Below are positions 8,554 through 18,186 of a stretch of 59,951 nucleotides of DNA, one piece after another. The notes under the pieces are model-generated. The model worked only from the letters and a program-made list of their open reading frames with translations, searched no databases and had not been told where the DNA came from. Source of the DNA: Candidatus Lindowbacteria bacterium RIFCSPLOWO2_12_FULL_62_27 (lineage in GTDB: Bacteria; Lindowbacteria; 2-12-FULL-62-27); the NCBI GenBank assembly GCA_001784175.1, contig MFPR01000017.1, positions 155,024 through 214,974 on the forward strand, written 5' to 3'. Made by a program: the position numbers and the translations under genes. The first letter of the stretch is position 1, and every line of letters begins with the position of its first letter.

Positions 8554-9740
8554 GACCTCAGCCGCTCCTCGGCCTTCCGGATCCAGATCGATTTGCCGCC
8601 CTGCTGAATCGCCTCTTTCCAGAGGTCCTTCGCCTCCGCCGGCTTGCCGGATTTGTCGAGGCACTCCCCATACCGGTACAAGAGTTCGGCATTGTTGAAC
8701 GATCGTTTCTGCCCCTCGCCGAACAATACGGCAAACCGGGGATCCAGATCCTCGACATCCTGCGTCAGTTGCGCGAACATCTTGGACCATTTGTTGTCCT
8801 TGGGAATCAGTTTTTCTTTCAGGTCGGAAAATATTGTGCGTGCCTCGAAGGTGTCGTCGCGGTGGAGATACAGAAGGCAGGCTCGATAAAAATTGTAATC
8901 ATCCTCCCGGTTGAGTTCTTTCGCCTCTTTGGAGAATTCCGCCATGATTCTGTCCATGGTTTCATAGTCTTCCTTCTGAAGGACCGCGCGGATCTGCATC
9001 GCGATGCACTGGCCGCGAACGTCGTCGTCCACCGTCTTGTCCGCCACCACATGACCGGCCGCGTCGAATTGGAGCTGGTACCAGCGGTTGGATCGCCGTG
9101 TCTCCTCCCGTTCCAAAAACCGGTCGGCCATCCGCTGGGCCCGCCAGCTCTGAACCAGATACATCTCGGTCTCCACCCGCTGGACGCCCTTGGTCTTGAC
9201 TTCCTTCATCGCCCCCGTCATCGCGGACAGAAACAAAAAGGCGATCAGCATCAGGCAGACGCCGAATACCGGGCGTTCCCGGAAAACCAGAATGACCTGT
9301 TCCATGAATCCGCTCGTGCCCTTTTCGACCCGGCCCTCGGCGAACTTCACGCACTCGGCGCAATAAAACCCTCCGGCTCGATAGCGGACACACTGCGCGC
9401 ACAAAAACTTGGTGCACCGGTGGCAATGCCCTACCGCGTATGTGTCCGGGTGGGCCGGGCAAAAACACAGGGGGGCGGATTTGGGGGACTGGGAAATGCA
9501 GGCGTCCTCCGGGATCAGCTCGGCCGGCGGCGGGTCCTGAATTTGAGATGGAGAAGATCGATTCAGAAATTCCGAGATGGGAACCCAGCGCTCCTCTGTG
9601 GCCAGCCAGATATGGTCACCCTCGACCAGTTGCTGGTCATTCCAATATTGCTGGATCTCGGCGGCTGCGTAAGGACCAAACGTCTGATCGCCTCGACCCA
9701 CGTAAAAGCGCTCGGGCTCGGACTCCGACGATGCGTCCAT
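8550..9740 (-). CDS. membrane protein with GYF_2 (DUF4339), B-box-type zinc finger, TM helix and TPR-like C-terminus
   Basis: FYVGRGDQTFGPY...IWLATEERWVP; CPAHP...CHRCTKFLCAQC...FYCAEC; one TM; LLYRYGECLDKSGKPAEAKDLW. Confidence 0.75.
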   Translation of the reverse strand: MDASSESEPERFYVGRGDQTFGPYAAAEIQQYWNDQQLVEGDHIWLATEERWVPISEFLNRSSPSQIQDPPPAELIPEDACISQSPKSAPLCFCPAHPDTYAVGHCHRCTKFLCAQCVRYRAGGFYCAECVKFAEGRVEKGTSGFMEQVILVFRERPVFGVCLMLIAFLFLSAMTGAMKEVKTKGVQRVETEMYLVQSWRAQRMADRFLEREETRRSNRWYQLQFDAAGHVVADKTVDDDVRGQCIAMQIRAVLQKEDYETMDRIMAEFSKEAKELNREDDYNFYRACLLYLHRDDTFEARTIFSDLKEKLIPKDNKWSKMFAQLTQDVEDLDPRFAVLFGEGQKRSFNNAELLYRYGECLDKSGKPAEAKDLWKEAIQQGGKSIWIRKAEERLRS

Positions 9741-9824
9741 TCGCGCCCCTTATACATTACCGCGATGAATATTAGAAGCCTGAATCCTTGCCCGACCGCG
9801 CGGCCAAAGATAGCTTGTGCGGCC

Positions 9825-10796
9825 ATGACACGAGAATTGCCGCCCGGCGTGGCGGCGATCGACCTTGGGACTAACACGTTCCGCCTTGTTTCGCGCGGGG
9901 TGCAGGTGGTGGAGTATCCGCGGATCGGGCTTGGCGTGGACCGCACCGGCCGGATCGCGCCCGCGTCGGCCCGGCGCGGGATGGCGGCGCTCGCCGCGTT
10001 CGCCCGGCTTGTCCGCGCCCGCCGCCTGCGCGTCGTCGGCGTGGTTGGCACGAGCGCGCTGCGCGAGGCGGCCAACGGCCCGGCGTTTTGCTCAGCCGTC
10101 GAACGCCGCTTCGGCTGGCGCGTCGAGATCATTTCGGGCGAGGAAGAGGCGGCGCTCACCTTTGAAGGCGCCACCGCCACGCTGGACCTGCCCAAAAACC
10201 GGCGCGTCCTCATCTCCGATGTCGGCGGCGGGAGTACCGAACTTATCTGGGGAGAACCCCCCACCTCGATCATCCCCCACAAGGGGGGAGGAAGGAAACA
10301 GTATGCGTCCCTGAAACTCGGCTCCGTTCGCATGACCGAACGGTTCGGCACGGCCGGTCAGGTATCGACGGCCAGACTTCGGGCGCTGCGCGAGGGCGTC
10401 CGCCGCGTCCTCCGGTCGAGCGGCGTGCCTTGGATGAAGGCCGGCTCAGTCGTCGGCGTCGGCGGGACCGCCACGACCCTCGCCGCCATCCTGTATGGCG
10501 TCGATCCCTACGATGAGAAGCAGGTCCACGGCGCCCGCGTGCCGGCCGAGTCCCTCGATAAAATGGTCGAGGTGCTCGCCCGGATGACGCCGCGCGAGCG
10601 CCAGTTTTTGCCGAGCCTGCCGAAAGGCCGCGCCGACATCATCGTCGCGGGCGCCGCCATCCAGACCGAGATCGTCCGGCTGGCCGGCGCGTCCGAGATG
10701 ATCGCATCCGATGCCGGCCTCCTCACCGGCCTCATCCTCCGGCGCGGCTCGCGCGGCCGACAGAAATCTCTTGCGCGGCGCGCCCAAAAAGTGTAG
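9825..10796 (+). CDS. ppx: Ppx/GppA family exopolyphosphatase
   Basis: AAIDLGTNTFRL, TSALREAANG, IISGEEEA, DVGGGSTE, GVGGT, RADIIVAG. Confidence 0.92.
   Translation: MTRELPPGVAAIDLGTNTFRLVSRGVQVVEYPRIGLGVDRTGRIAPASARRGMAALAAFARLVRARRLRVVGVVGTSALREAANGPAFCSAVERRFGWRVEIISGEEEAALTFEGATATLDLPKNRRVLISDVGGGSTELIWGEPPTSIIPHKGGGRKQYASLKLGSVRMTERFGTAGQVSTARLRALREGVRRVLRSSGVPWMKAGSVVGVGGTATTLAAILYGVDPYDEKQVHGARVPAESLDKMVEVLARMTPRERQFLPSLPKGRADIIVAGAAIQTEIVRLAGASEMIASDAGLLTGLILRRGSRGRQKSLARRAQKV
10257..10294 (+). repeat. REP-like palindromic element inserted in-frame in ppx
   Basis: CCCCCCA-N9-TCCCCCACAAGGGGGGA; the 17-nt core is identical to the copy at 13533-13570. Confidence 0.6.
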
Positions 10797-10806
10797 GGTC
10801 TTGGCC

Positions 10807-12093
10807 ATGCGGGGGAAAATCAAGATCGAATGGGCGCGCCGGATGGACCGGTTGCCGCCCTATCTCTTTGCGACCATCAACGAGCTTCGCCACAAGATGC
10901 GCCAGGCCAACCGCGACGTCATTGACCTCGCCATGGGTAACCCCGACCGGCCGACGCCGCCGCACATCGTGAAAAAGATGATCGAGGCCGTGTCCGACGG
11001 ACGCAATCACCGCTACTCGGTCTCCAAAGGCATCTTCAATCTCCGTCGCGACGTGGCGATCTATTACAAGAACCGCTACGGCGTTGAACTCAATCCCAAT
11101 TCCGAAGTCGTCGCCTGCATCGGGTCCAAGGAGGGTATTTCCCACATGGCCCTCGCCATGCTCGGACCTGGCGACACCGCCCTCGTGCCGTCGCCCTTTT
11201 TCCCCATCCACGTCTATACCGCCATCATCGCGGGCGCCAACGTCATCACGGTGCCCATGAACGACCCCCGCGCGCCTCACGCGGCCCATGAGAAGGGCGA
11301 CGGATCGTTTCACGTCGACGGGTTCCTCGGGCGGCTGTCCATGGCGATGAAACAGCTCCACCCGACGCCGAAGATGCTCTATCTCAATTTCCCGCACAAT
11401 CCGACCGCCTACGTGGTCGAGCCCGACTTCTACACCGAGGTCGTCAAGCTCGCCCGGAAGAACGGCATCTGCATCATTCAGGACTTCGCCTACAAAGACA
11501 TCGTGTTTGACGGCTATCGAAGCCCCAGCATCCTGGCGGTACCCGGCGCCAAGGACATCGCGGTCGAGTTCTTCACACTCTCCAAGAGCTACAACATGGC
11601 CGGCTGGCGCATGGGCTTCTGCGTCGGAAACGAGAAAATGTGCTCGGCCTTGGCCAAAATCAAGGGATATTACGACTACGGCCACTTCCAAGCCGTCCAG
11701 ATCGCGGCCATCGTCGCGCTGCGTTCGCCCCAGGAGATCGTATCCGAGATCGCCAAAATATACGAACGGCGCCGCAATGTCCTCATTGATGGCCTCAACC
11801 GCATCGGCTGGCCCTGCAGTCCGCCGAAGGCATCCATGTTTGCCTGGGTGCCCATGCCTCGCCAGTACCGCAAAATGGGATCGATGAAGTTCTCGCTCAT
11901 GTTACTTGAAAAATCCGAAGTCGCAGTATCCCCCGGCAAGGGCTTCGGGGACGACGGTGAGGGCTTTCTGCGCATCGCACTTGTGGAAAACGAGCAGCGA
12001 ATACGCCAGGCAGTTCGCCAGATTGACCACGTCCTGAACCTCCGGCCAAAGCCGGAGCCAGTCAAAAAATCGACTCGGTCGGCGAGTTCCTGA
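10807..12093 (+). CDS. class I PLP-dependent aminotransferase (AlaC / LL-DAP aminotransferase-like)
   Basis: RLPPYLF, IDLAMGNPD, IGSKEGI, NFPHNPT, DFAY, TLSKSYNMAGWRMG, FLRIALVENEQR. Confidence 0.9.
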   Translation: MRGKIKIEWARRMDRLPPYLFATINELRHKMRQANRDVIDLAMGNPDRPTPPHIVKKMIEAVSDGRNHRYSVSKGIFNLRRDVAIYYKNRYGVELNPNSEVVACIGSKEGISHMALAMLGPGDTALVPSPFFPIHVYTAIIAGANVITVPMNDPRAPHAAHEKGDGSFHVDGFLGRLSMAMKQLHPTPKMLYLNFPHNPTAYVVEPDFYTEVVKLARKNGICIIQDFAYKDIVFDGYRSPSILAVPGAKDIAVEFFTLSKSYNMAGWRMGFCVGNEKMCSALAKIKGYYDYGHFQAVQIAAIVALRSPQEIVSEIAKIYERRRNVLIDGLNRIGWPCSPPKASMFAWVPMPRQYRKMGSMKFSLMLLEKSEVAVSPGKGFGDDGEGFLRIALVENEQRIRQAVRQIDHVLNLRPKPEPVKKSTRSASS

Positions 12094-12176
12094 CATAAAG
12101 TGACGCACTACAGCCCGGATAAATGATTAAAGTGGGCTTCAAGTAATATCCATGCGCCTCAAGCGAGGAAACGTAA

Positions 12177-12632
12177 ATGTCGGAAGAAGCTAAGGCTACA
12201 GAGGGACTGAAGTCGATCAGCGAGGTAGCGCAGGAAACCAGTATCCCCGAGTCGACGCTCAGGTATTATGACTCTGAATTTAGTGATTCCCTCGATATCA
12301 AGCGGGACCCGGCCAATCGGCGCATGTTCGACCAGAACGACATCCGGCAGATCATGTACATCCGCAGGCTTCTCAAAAAGGACAAGCTGACGGTCAAACA
12401 AGTCAAGGACAGGCTGGCTGTGGAAAAGGATCTGCTGATGGGCCCGGTCAGACAAATGGAGGACTCTGCGATGAGCGCACTGACCGACCGGCTGGACCGG
12501 ATCGAGCGCCAGCAGGAGCTTCTGGTGAAGGCCGTCGAGGCCACCTTGAATGAGGTAAGACACAGTCAGCGGCTTCTGGATCTTAATTTGACCCGCCTCT
12601 CATTGATCATCGGACAGCCAGAGCAGAAGTAG
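12177..12632 (+). CDS. MerR-family HTH protein with C-terminal coiled coil
   Basis: SISEVAQETSIPESTLRYYDSEF...RRMF; heptad-rich C-terminus with no effector-binding cysteines. Confidence 0.85.
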   Translation: MSEEAKATEGLKSISEVAQETSIPESTLRYYDSEFSDSLDIKRDPANRRMFDQNDIRQIMYIRRLLKKDKLTVKQVKDRLAVEKDLLMGPVRQMEDSAMSALTDRLDRIERQQELLVKAVEATLNEVRHSQRLLDLNLTRLSLIIGQPEQK

Positions 12633-13532
12633 GCAAGTGCCGTCGCAGTATTTTACGGCGGATCCCTCTATCCGTACCACATATCCTGATGGCTGATAAT
12701 ATCCTGTAAGGTTTAATTGACGAATTAGCAGGCTATTTTGATGTGCTACCGCCATCCTGACTTGAGTGTTGGGTGTCCTTGTCCACGTACTCGTGCATGG
12801 AGGCTGGATCGTTGTCTGGTTTTTTCTCTCGCCTGGCATAGCTTTAATACCCGCCGCACGAGGTTTATAGATTTTTTTCGTCGCAGTAATGCTTGGATGC
12901 CAATCTTGCAGTTTTTTTTCCGTGCATGTAGCTAACTGCCGGCTTTTGGCGGTCATCCGAGGGGGGCAACGAGCATCTCGTTAAAGCTGCAAGTAGCAAT
13001 TGTGCCCGGTTGCGGCAATAAATAGAGTGGTTTCATGACTCGTTGACGTCTCGCAATCATGTGCGGCTACTTTAGATCTGCTTGAAGATATTTGTGCGCC
13101 TCTGATTGCCAATCTGCTTGAGGATGGGGCTAGAGACAGCGCTAATGTCCCTCTATTTGTCATGAATCGTTTCGCCGGCCTTCCCTGTGTACCAGCGGTG
13201 CTGTGTATGGAATATCAGGGATGTTTGTAAATACGCGTTTCGTTAGGGTGAGGCCCCTGCGGGACTGCGGCGGGCGTCAGTACACCCACCGATGTTGCGA
13301 ATTGATGGGTTGCTGGGTGATGTTTTACATCGGCCGCCAAAAATTTTTTCGTTTTGCAGGATGCGGGATTTACCGGCGGATGGGTGGCTGTGGCTTTAGC
13401 GGGGTGGTTCATGTGCGTGGAGGCGGGTCGGGAAATATTTTTCCTGTCGCTTGAAGTAGAGGCGTGCAGATGGCGGGTACACGTAGGCCAGTTGGCCAGG
13501 GCGGGGTGCAGATGGTGAAAACCAGTCAAAGA

Positions 13533-13570
13533 CCCCCCATCCCGGCCTTCCCCCACAAGGGGGGAAGGAG
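13533..13570 (+). repeat. REP-like palindromic element (intergenic copy)
   Basis: CCCCCCATCCCGGCCTTCCCCCACAAGGGGGGAAGGAG, containing the hairpin CCTTCCCCC/GGGGGAAGG. Confidence 0.6.
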
Positions 13571-13970
13571 GAGTACTTCTGAAGACATGTGAAAGGCAGA
13601 TGCTTAGCGGTTACTTGAGGCACTCCATTTCGCTCGAGGGTGAGCGGGCGCGGGTAGGGTCTGATTCCGTGTTTGGTGGAGGACGTGTATTTCGTTTCGA
13701 GTGGTTGCTTGAACAGGGCGCAGACGATCTCTCTTCCGATCGGATCGGCCATCCGCTTTGACTGGGAGGCCTTCAGCAATCGGGCCTGAGCGCGGTTTTG
13801 AGTTAATGTCGGCAAAATTTTTTCCACCCGGTCGGCTTAAAAAGAGATTCCGGCGGCGTTTTGGCCTCGCGGGCGCGCTCTCAGTGTATGAACGTTTTCA
13901 ATGAGCTGTGACCAGTCCTGTTCGTCGGTTCCTGTTGTTGATGTTCGTTGTGACTTGCAGTTGAAGACCC

Positions 13971-13992
13971 GGGCCGGGATTGCCCCCGGCCC
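13971..13992 (-). terminator. GC hairpin after the small secreted-protein gene; possible terminator
   Basis: GGGCCGGG-N6-CCCGGCCC lies 7 nt past the stop at 14000; there is no clear U-tract. Confidence 0.35.
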
Positions 13993-13999
13993 ACCAACC

Positions 14000-14275
14000 T
14001 TAGATCCGGGCGCGGCTGGCCTTGTCAAAAGGCATGCCGTGGGTCTTCTTGTGTCCCAGGAGCGCTTGTTTCAGAATCTGAGTAAGCGACTTGCTCATGA
14101 CCAACACCGGTTTCTGGCTGATCGATACGAACAACTGTATCGGCACGGCGAGCAAATTGATGGTCGTCTGCGTCGTCTGAAGCTTTGTCTTCTTTGCGTT
14201 AATGCTCGCATCAGCCGGAGTGGTAGTGGCTAGAGCAAACAGGATCATCGTCACCAAAAGCAGGGCTCGTGTCAT
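14000..14275 (-). CDS. small putative secreted hypothetical protein
   Basis: Strong SD GGAGGAG; signal-peptide-like MTRALLLVTMILFALATTTPADA; followed by a hairpin. Confidence 0.55.
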   Translation of the reverse strand: MTRALLLVTMILFALATTTPADASINAKKTKLQTTQTTINLLAVPIQLFVSISQKPVLVMSKSLTQILKQALLGHKKTHGMPFDKASRARI

Positions 14276-14441
14276 TGCCATCTCCTCCACGAATGGCTGT
14301 CATTCGAACTGCAACGCAGTTCGGTCCCTCCCTGCCTGTTCTCTTGGCTTGTTTGTCCACAGTATACCGGGGGAATGTATGAAAATCCAATTTTTGTAAT
14401 AAATTTGTGTAATTTTTTTTGCGCTGAGGGTATGCCGGGTC

Positions 14442-16580
14442 TTATTTCCGCCGCTGATCTGCCGTTTTCCTGATCCGCGCAATCGATTCGGTCGCGCGCC
14501 GGGTGTCGGGGTGGGCCGGGCCGAGGAGTTTGGTGAGGACGGTGGCGGCGCCGGCGTACATGGGTTCGGCTTTCTCGTTCAGGCCCTGGTGTTCATAGAA
14601 TCGGCCGAGATGATTCAGGGTGTCGGCGACCTCCCGGTGGCTCGAGCCGAGGGTTTTTGCCTTGATGGCGAGCGCGCGAATAAAGAAGTCTTCCGCTTCC
14701 TTCAAGCGGCCGAGCGTTTCGCAGAGAAGGCCGAGCTTGTCCATGACCTCCGCCACTTTCGGATCGTTCATGCCAAATTTCGCGATCCGCATCGACAGCG
14801 ACCGGCGATACAGTGCTTCGGCCCGGTCGACCCGGCCGTCCCGGAAGGAAATCGTCGCGAGATTGTAGCTCAGTTGGGAGAACACTTCCGAGCGGTCCTC
14901 GAAGGGGTCCTGCAGGTAGATGTCCATGGTACGTTCCAAGAGGGGCAAGGCCTCCGCAAACCGGCCGTTTTCGGCGTAGAACGTGCCCAGGCTGTACAGA
15001 CAGACGGAGGTCCGGGGATGGTTTGGCCCCAGCGATTTTTCAAAGATGGACAGCGCCCGCTTGAGCAGGGACTCCACGCCGGTTTTCCGGCCCATTCCCA
15101 TCCGGAAATCCGCGAGCATGTGGAGGCTTTCCCCGACGTCCGGATGGTCCGGTCCCAGCGTTTTCTCCCGGTAGGCCGCCAGGCGCGTGACGAGCGGCTC
15201 GGCCTTTGTGTCCTCGAGATTGGTCATGTAGTTGCGCGTCAGGGCGGTCAGGCTTTCCACCACCGCCGGGTGTTCCGGGCCGAACAGTTTCTCGCGGATG
15301 TCAAGGGATTGCTTGAAGTACTTTTCGGCCTTGCGCGTGTCGAGGAGCTGCTCGTGGAATAAACCCAACCGGTATCGCGCGCCCGCGACCTCCGCGTGGG
15401 TTTTGCCCAGCACGTCCTCGCGCATCTTCAGGGCCGACAGGAACAGGGTTTCGGCCTCGTCCATGCGCCGCATGAACTGGTAGAGTCCGGCCAGTCCCTC
15501 GACTGCGGCGGCCACCGCCGGGCTCCGCTTGCCGGTCAACTTTTCCCGCATGGCGATCGCCGATTTGTACAGCCGCTCGGACTCCGACAGGTCGTTGCTG
15601 CGGTACAGGTCCGCAAGATGCATCAGGCTCTCCGCGACTTTCAGATGGTCCGGCCCGTAAGTTTCCCGGCGGATCGCGAGCGCTTGGGAGAGTCGGCGGT
15701 AGGCGGAGGCGTATCTTTCGCGCGAAATATCGGCGCTGCCGAGCAAGTCCAGCGCGTCGGCCGATTGCGGTTCCGCGGCCGGCGTCAGGGCGGGCGCCGC
15801 GGCGGCGGCCGGCGTTATTTTGCGCGGGCGCGGCCCGACCGCCGGAATATCGAAGACGAGCCATGTGTCGGTCGGCGCCTCCAGAGCCGCGGCCATCGGG
15901 GCATGGGCCTTGGCGATGAACTGAATCCCGGAGTGGGCGTTGCCTGGCGGGTAGGTCGAATCCTCGAACACGGCGGTCCGGTCGAACCAGACGCCGGTGT
16001 CGAAGGTGGCGGTGATCCGGTGCCGGCCGCCGATCCCGTGGCGGATGGAGATTTTCCGGATGGCGTGGACCGGGTTGGCGGGCAGCCACGCGTTGCCGAG
16101 CATTTCGATCCAGCCCGTGTCCATCCGATAAAAAATCATCTCGTTCGTCCCGTCCCCGTGCCGGAGCAGCCGCAGGACGTATCCGTTGCGGGCGCCCCGA
16201 TACGAGTTGGACTTGGCGCCGTACGGCAGCGGAGGGAAGGCGAGTCCGCCTCCGTCGGCGAGGGCGTAGCTGATGAAAAGCGAATTGGACATCTCAAACC
16301 CGCAGCCGAGCAGATTCATCTCGATGACGCGCTCGTCGATGTCCACAACGCTTGGGGGCAGCCAGCACTCGATCCCGTTCGGCGGTGAATTGGGCATCGC
16401 GGAGTAGGTCAGAACGAGGCTGCCGTTGCGGAAGGTATGGGCCGAAAACCGCGTGTCGAACAGGTCGCGATTCGAGGTTACGGGCGTGTCAAACGTCTCA
16501 CGCAAAAGCGGCGCCGCCGAACATTCGATGGCCAGGAGCGCCGCACATACGACAACCGCGCCGCGTGTCATGCGTGTCAT
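14442..16580 (-). CDS. secreted protein with N-terminal beta-rich domain and kinesin-light-chain-type TPR repeats
   Basis: Signal peptide; Ala/Pro linker; repeated 42-aa units of the form ALxxREKxLGPxHPxVAxSL. Confidence 0.85.
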   Translation of the reverse strand: MTRMTRGAVVVCAALLAIECSAAPLLRETFDTPVTSNRDLFDTRFSAHTFRNGSLVLTYSAMPNSPPNGIECWLPPSVVDIDERVIEMNLLGCGFEMSNSLFISYALADGGGLAFPPLPYGAKSNSYRGARNGYVLRLLRHGDGTNEMIFYRMDTGWIEMLGNAWLPANPVHAIRKISIRHGIGGRHRITATFDTGVWFDRTAVFEDSTYPPGNAHSGIQFIAKAHAPMAAALEAPTDTWLVFDIPAVGPRPRKITPAAAAAPALTPAAEPQSADALDLLGSADISRERYASAYRRLSQALAIRRETYGPDHLKVAESLMHLADLYRSNDLSESERLYKSAIAMREKLTGKRSPAVAAAVEGLAGLYQFMRRMDEAETLFLSALKMREDVLGKTHAEVAGARYRLGLFHEQLLDTRKAEKYFKQSLDIREKLFGPEHPAVVESLTALTRNYMTNLEDTKAEPLVTRLAAYREKTLGPDHPDVGESLHMLADFRMGMGRKTGVESLLKRALSIFEKSLGPNHPRTSVCLYSLGTFYAENGRFAEALPLLERTMDIYLQDPFEDRSEVFSQLSYNLATISFRDGRVDRAEALYRRSLSMRIAKFGMNDPKVAEVMDKLGLLCETLGRLKEAEDFFIRALAIKAKTLGSSHREVADTLNHLGRFYEHQGLNEKAEPMYAGAATVLTKLLGPAHPDTRRATESIARIRKTADQRRK

Positions 16581-16681
16581 GCCTGCATGGTATCACCGGT
16601 CCGCGCAAAAATCCTCCTTGACACTGCGCCGCAAGCCGGGCATCATGCAGCAAGGGGCCGAGGCCAACCGGAGAGGGGAGC

Positions 16682-17281
16682 GTGGCGATGAGCGTTCCAA
16701 GGACATTCATGACAATTCTGGCGTGTGCGGGCATGGCGTGCGCAGGTCTGCCGGCGGCGCTGGCGGAGGAAGACGGCGCATCGGGCGAGTGTCAGCCGGC
16801 GGTGGGGCGCGGCGCGAAAGGCAAGAGCGCGGGGCGCGGCGGCGCGGAGCGGGCCGGGCCTGACGTGCGCGTCGAGGGGCGCGAGGTGAGTCCGGACATG
16901 GACCGGACGTTTGAGATGTATCGGGACATGGATCGTGTGTTCGACCGCGTTCGATCGCGCAAGGCGCGGTCCGGCCGCAAGGTCCGGAAAGAGGACGGGC
17001 GGCGCGAGGAGCGGCGGGCGCGCGCGGGGGACGAGGAACGCGCCCGGCCCGGGCGCACGCGCCCCGAGGAGAAACAACTGGACGGACTGATTCGTGCCGA
17101 CGTGGGCCGCGCGACCGGGTTTTCATCGGCGTCCGGGCCGTCGGATCTTGCGGATGAGCAGTTCTCGTCTTCGATCGGCAAATCGGGAGACGAGGCGCAT
17201 GCCTTTGTCCGCCGGGCCGCCCAGTGGGGCGTGCCATTTCTGCCGGCGGATCTCGCGAAAAAGCTGGGTTACACGCCTTAA
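16682..17281 (+). CDS. hypothetical secreted protein with Arg/Gly-rich low-complexity region
   Basis: SD-like GGGGAG and signal-peptide-like N-terminus; fills the gap between neighbours. Confidence 0.5.
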   Translation: MAMSVPRTFMTILACAGMACAGLPAALAEEDGASGECQPAVGRGAKGKSAGRGGAERAGPDVRVEGREVSPDMDRTFEMYRDMDRVFDRVRSRKARSGRKVRKEDGRREERRARAGDEERARPGRTRPEEKQLDGLIRADVGRATGFSSASGPSDLADEQFSSSIGKSGDEAHAFVRRAAQWGVPFLPADLAKKLGYTP

Positions 17282-17317
17282 CCGGTACACCAATTTCGGA
17301 CGGGGAGAAACGCCGGA

Positions 17318-17764
17318 ATGAGAGACTTCAAGCCTGTCTTCAAAGACATCGAGAAAGGTTTGTCGCGCCAGAAGTGGTTTGACGAAAACTGGCGGATTTA
17401 CAACCGCGGTGTTTACATGCAGGTGTACAAGGAAAACTGGTTCAACGACAACCAGGGCGGGATCCATTTCGAAACCTATGTCGAAAAATATGAGCTGGAG
17501 GAGAAGATCGTCCCGATCCATATGCACGTCGAGGACGATTTTCCGGAGAGCGCGGCGTTCATTCCGCGTTTTGTCGAGCGCGCTCGCGGAATCATCGAGG
17601 GCTGGAAAGGCTACAAGGTCTACGGGACCGGGTATCTCGTCTGCCAGCGCAAACTTCCGCTGGACCCCGGCGCGCTGGCGGGCCGGCTGCTGGAGGAGTT
17701 CGGCCGGCTGCAGAGTTTGGCTCCGGTGATCGATCAGACGATTCAGGACGTTCTGCAGGGATGA
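17318..17764 (+). CDS. hypothetical protein
   Basis: 148-aa ORF with globular composition; ATGA overlap with the next gene. Confidence 0.75.
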   Translation: MRDFKPVFKDIEKGLSRQKWFDENWRIYNRGVYMQVYKENWFNDNQGGIHFETYVEKYELEEKIVPIHMHVEDDFPESAAFIPRFVERARGIIEGWKGYKVYGTGYLVCQRKLPLDPGALAGRLLEEFGRLQSLAPVIDQTIQDVLQG

Positions 17765-18171
17765 GCCAAACGGAGGTGTGGATGTGCTACGGGTGCTGTT
17801 GCGGCGTTGCGGCCGTCGACGTGCGGCATAGGCCGCGCCGCGAGCCCCTCGACCGCATCCGGACCGCGATGGAGGTCCGGCTTCGCGAGGGGGGTTTGGG
17901 TGACGTCAGAATCCAGAAAACCGGCTGTCTGGGTCCGTGTTCGAAGGGCAACATGGTGGTGGTCCATCGGCCGGGCGTGGAAGCGCATGTATTTCAGGGC
18001 GTGAACAACCAGCGGGTGGGCGTCGATGTGGCGGATTTCGCGATGGATATGGAGCGCCGGGGCTGGGGGTCCGAAGTTCCGGCGTCGCTCGACCCTCACG
18101 TGTACGGCACGGTCGCAGCAGACGAAGTCCCGCCGCCGCCGTCTCCGGAACCTTACAAGGACCGGCATTAA
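17761..18171 (+). CDS. thioredoxin-like (2Fe-2S) ferredoxin domain protein
   Basis: CYGCCC...IQKTGCLGPCSKGNMVVV Cys pattern. Confidence 0.75.
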   Translation: MSQTEVWMCYGCCCGVAAVDVRHRPRREPLDRIRTAMEVRLREGGLGDVRIQKTGCLGPCSKGNMVVVHRPGVEAHVFQGVNNQRVGVDVADFAMDMERRGWGSEVPASLDPHVYGTVAADEVPPPPSPEPYKDRH

Positions 18172-18186
18172 GGAAACAACTTAACA

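Noticed and set aside
8769-9824. Long N-terminal extension of the ppx ORF (675 aa)
   Set aside because: Overlaps the real minus-strand gene 8550-9740; Ppx homology starts at ATG 9825.
12689-12716. dif-like site (ATGGCTGATAA TATCCT GTAAGGTTTAA)
   Set aside because: The XerD arm matches the E. coli consensus at only about 5 of 11 positions, and the skew direction here points to an origin rather than a terminus.
12633-13990. Structured ncRNA (tmRNA, RNase P, SRP, riboswitch) or the short ORFs listed in this region
   Set aside because: No hallmark motifs recognised by eye, and the ORFs lack SD sites or protein-like composition. An Rfam/Infernal scan is needed to exclude an RNA.
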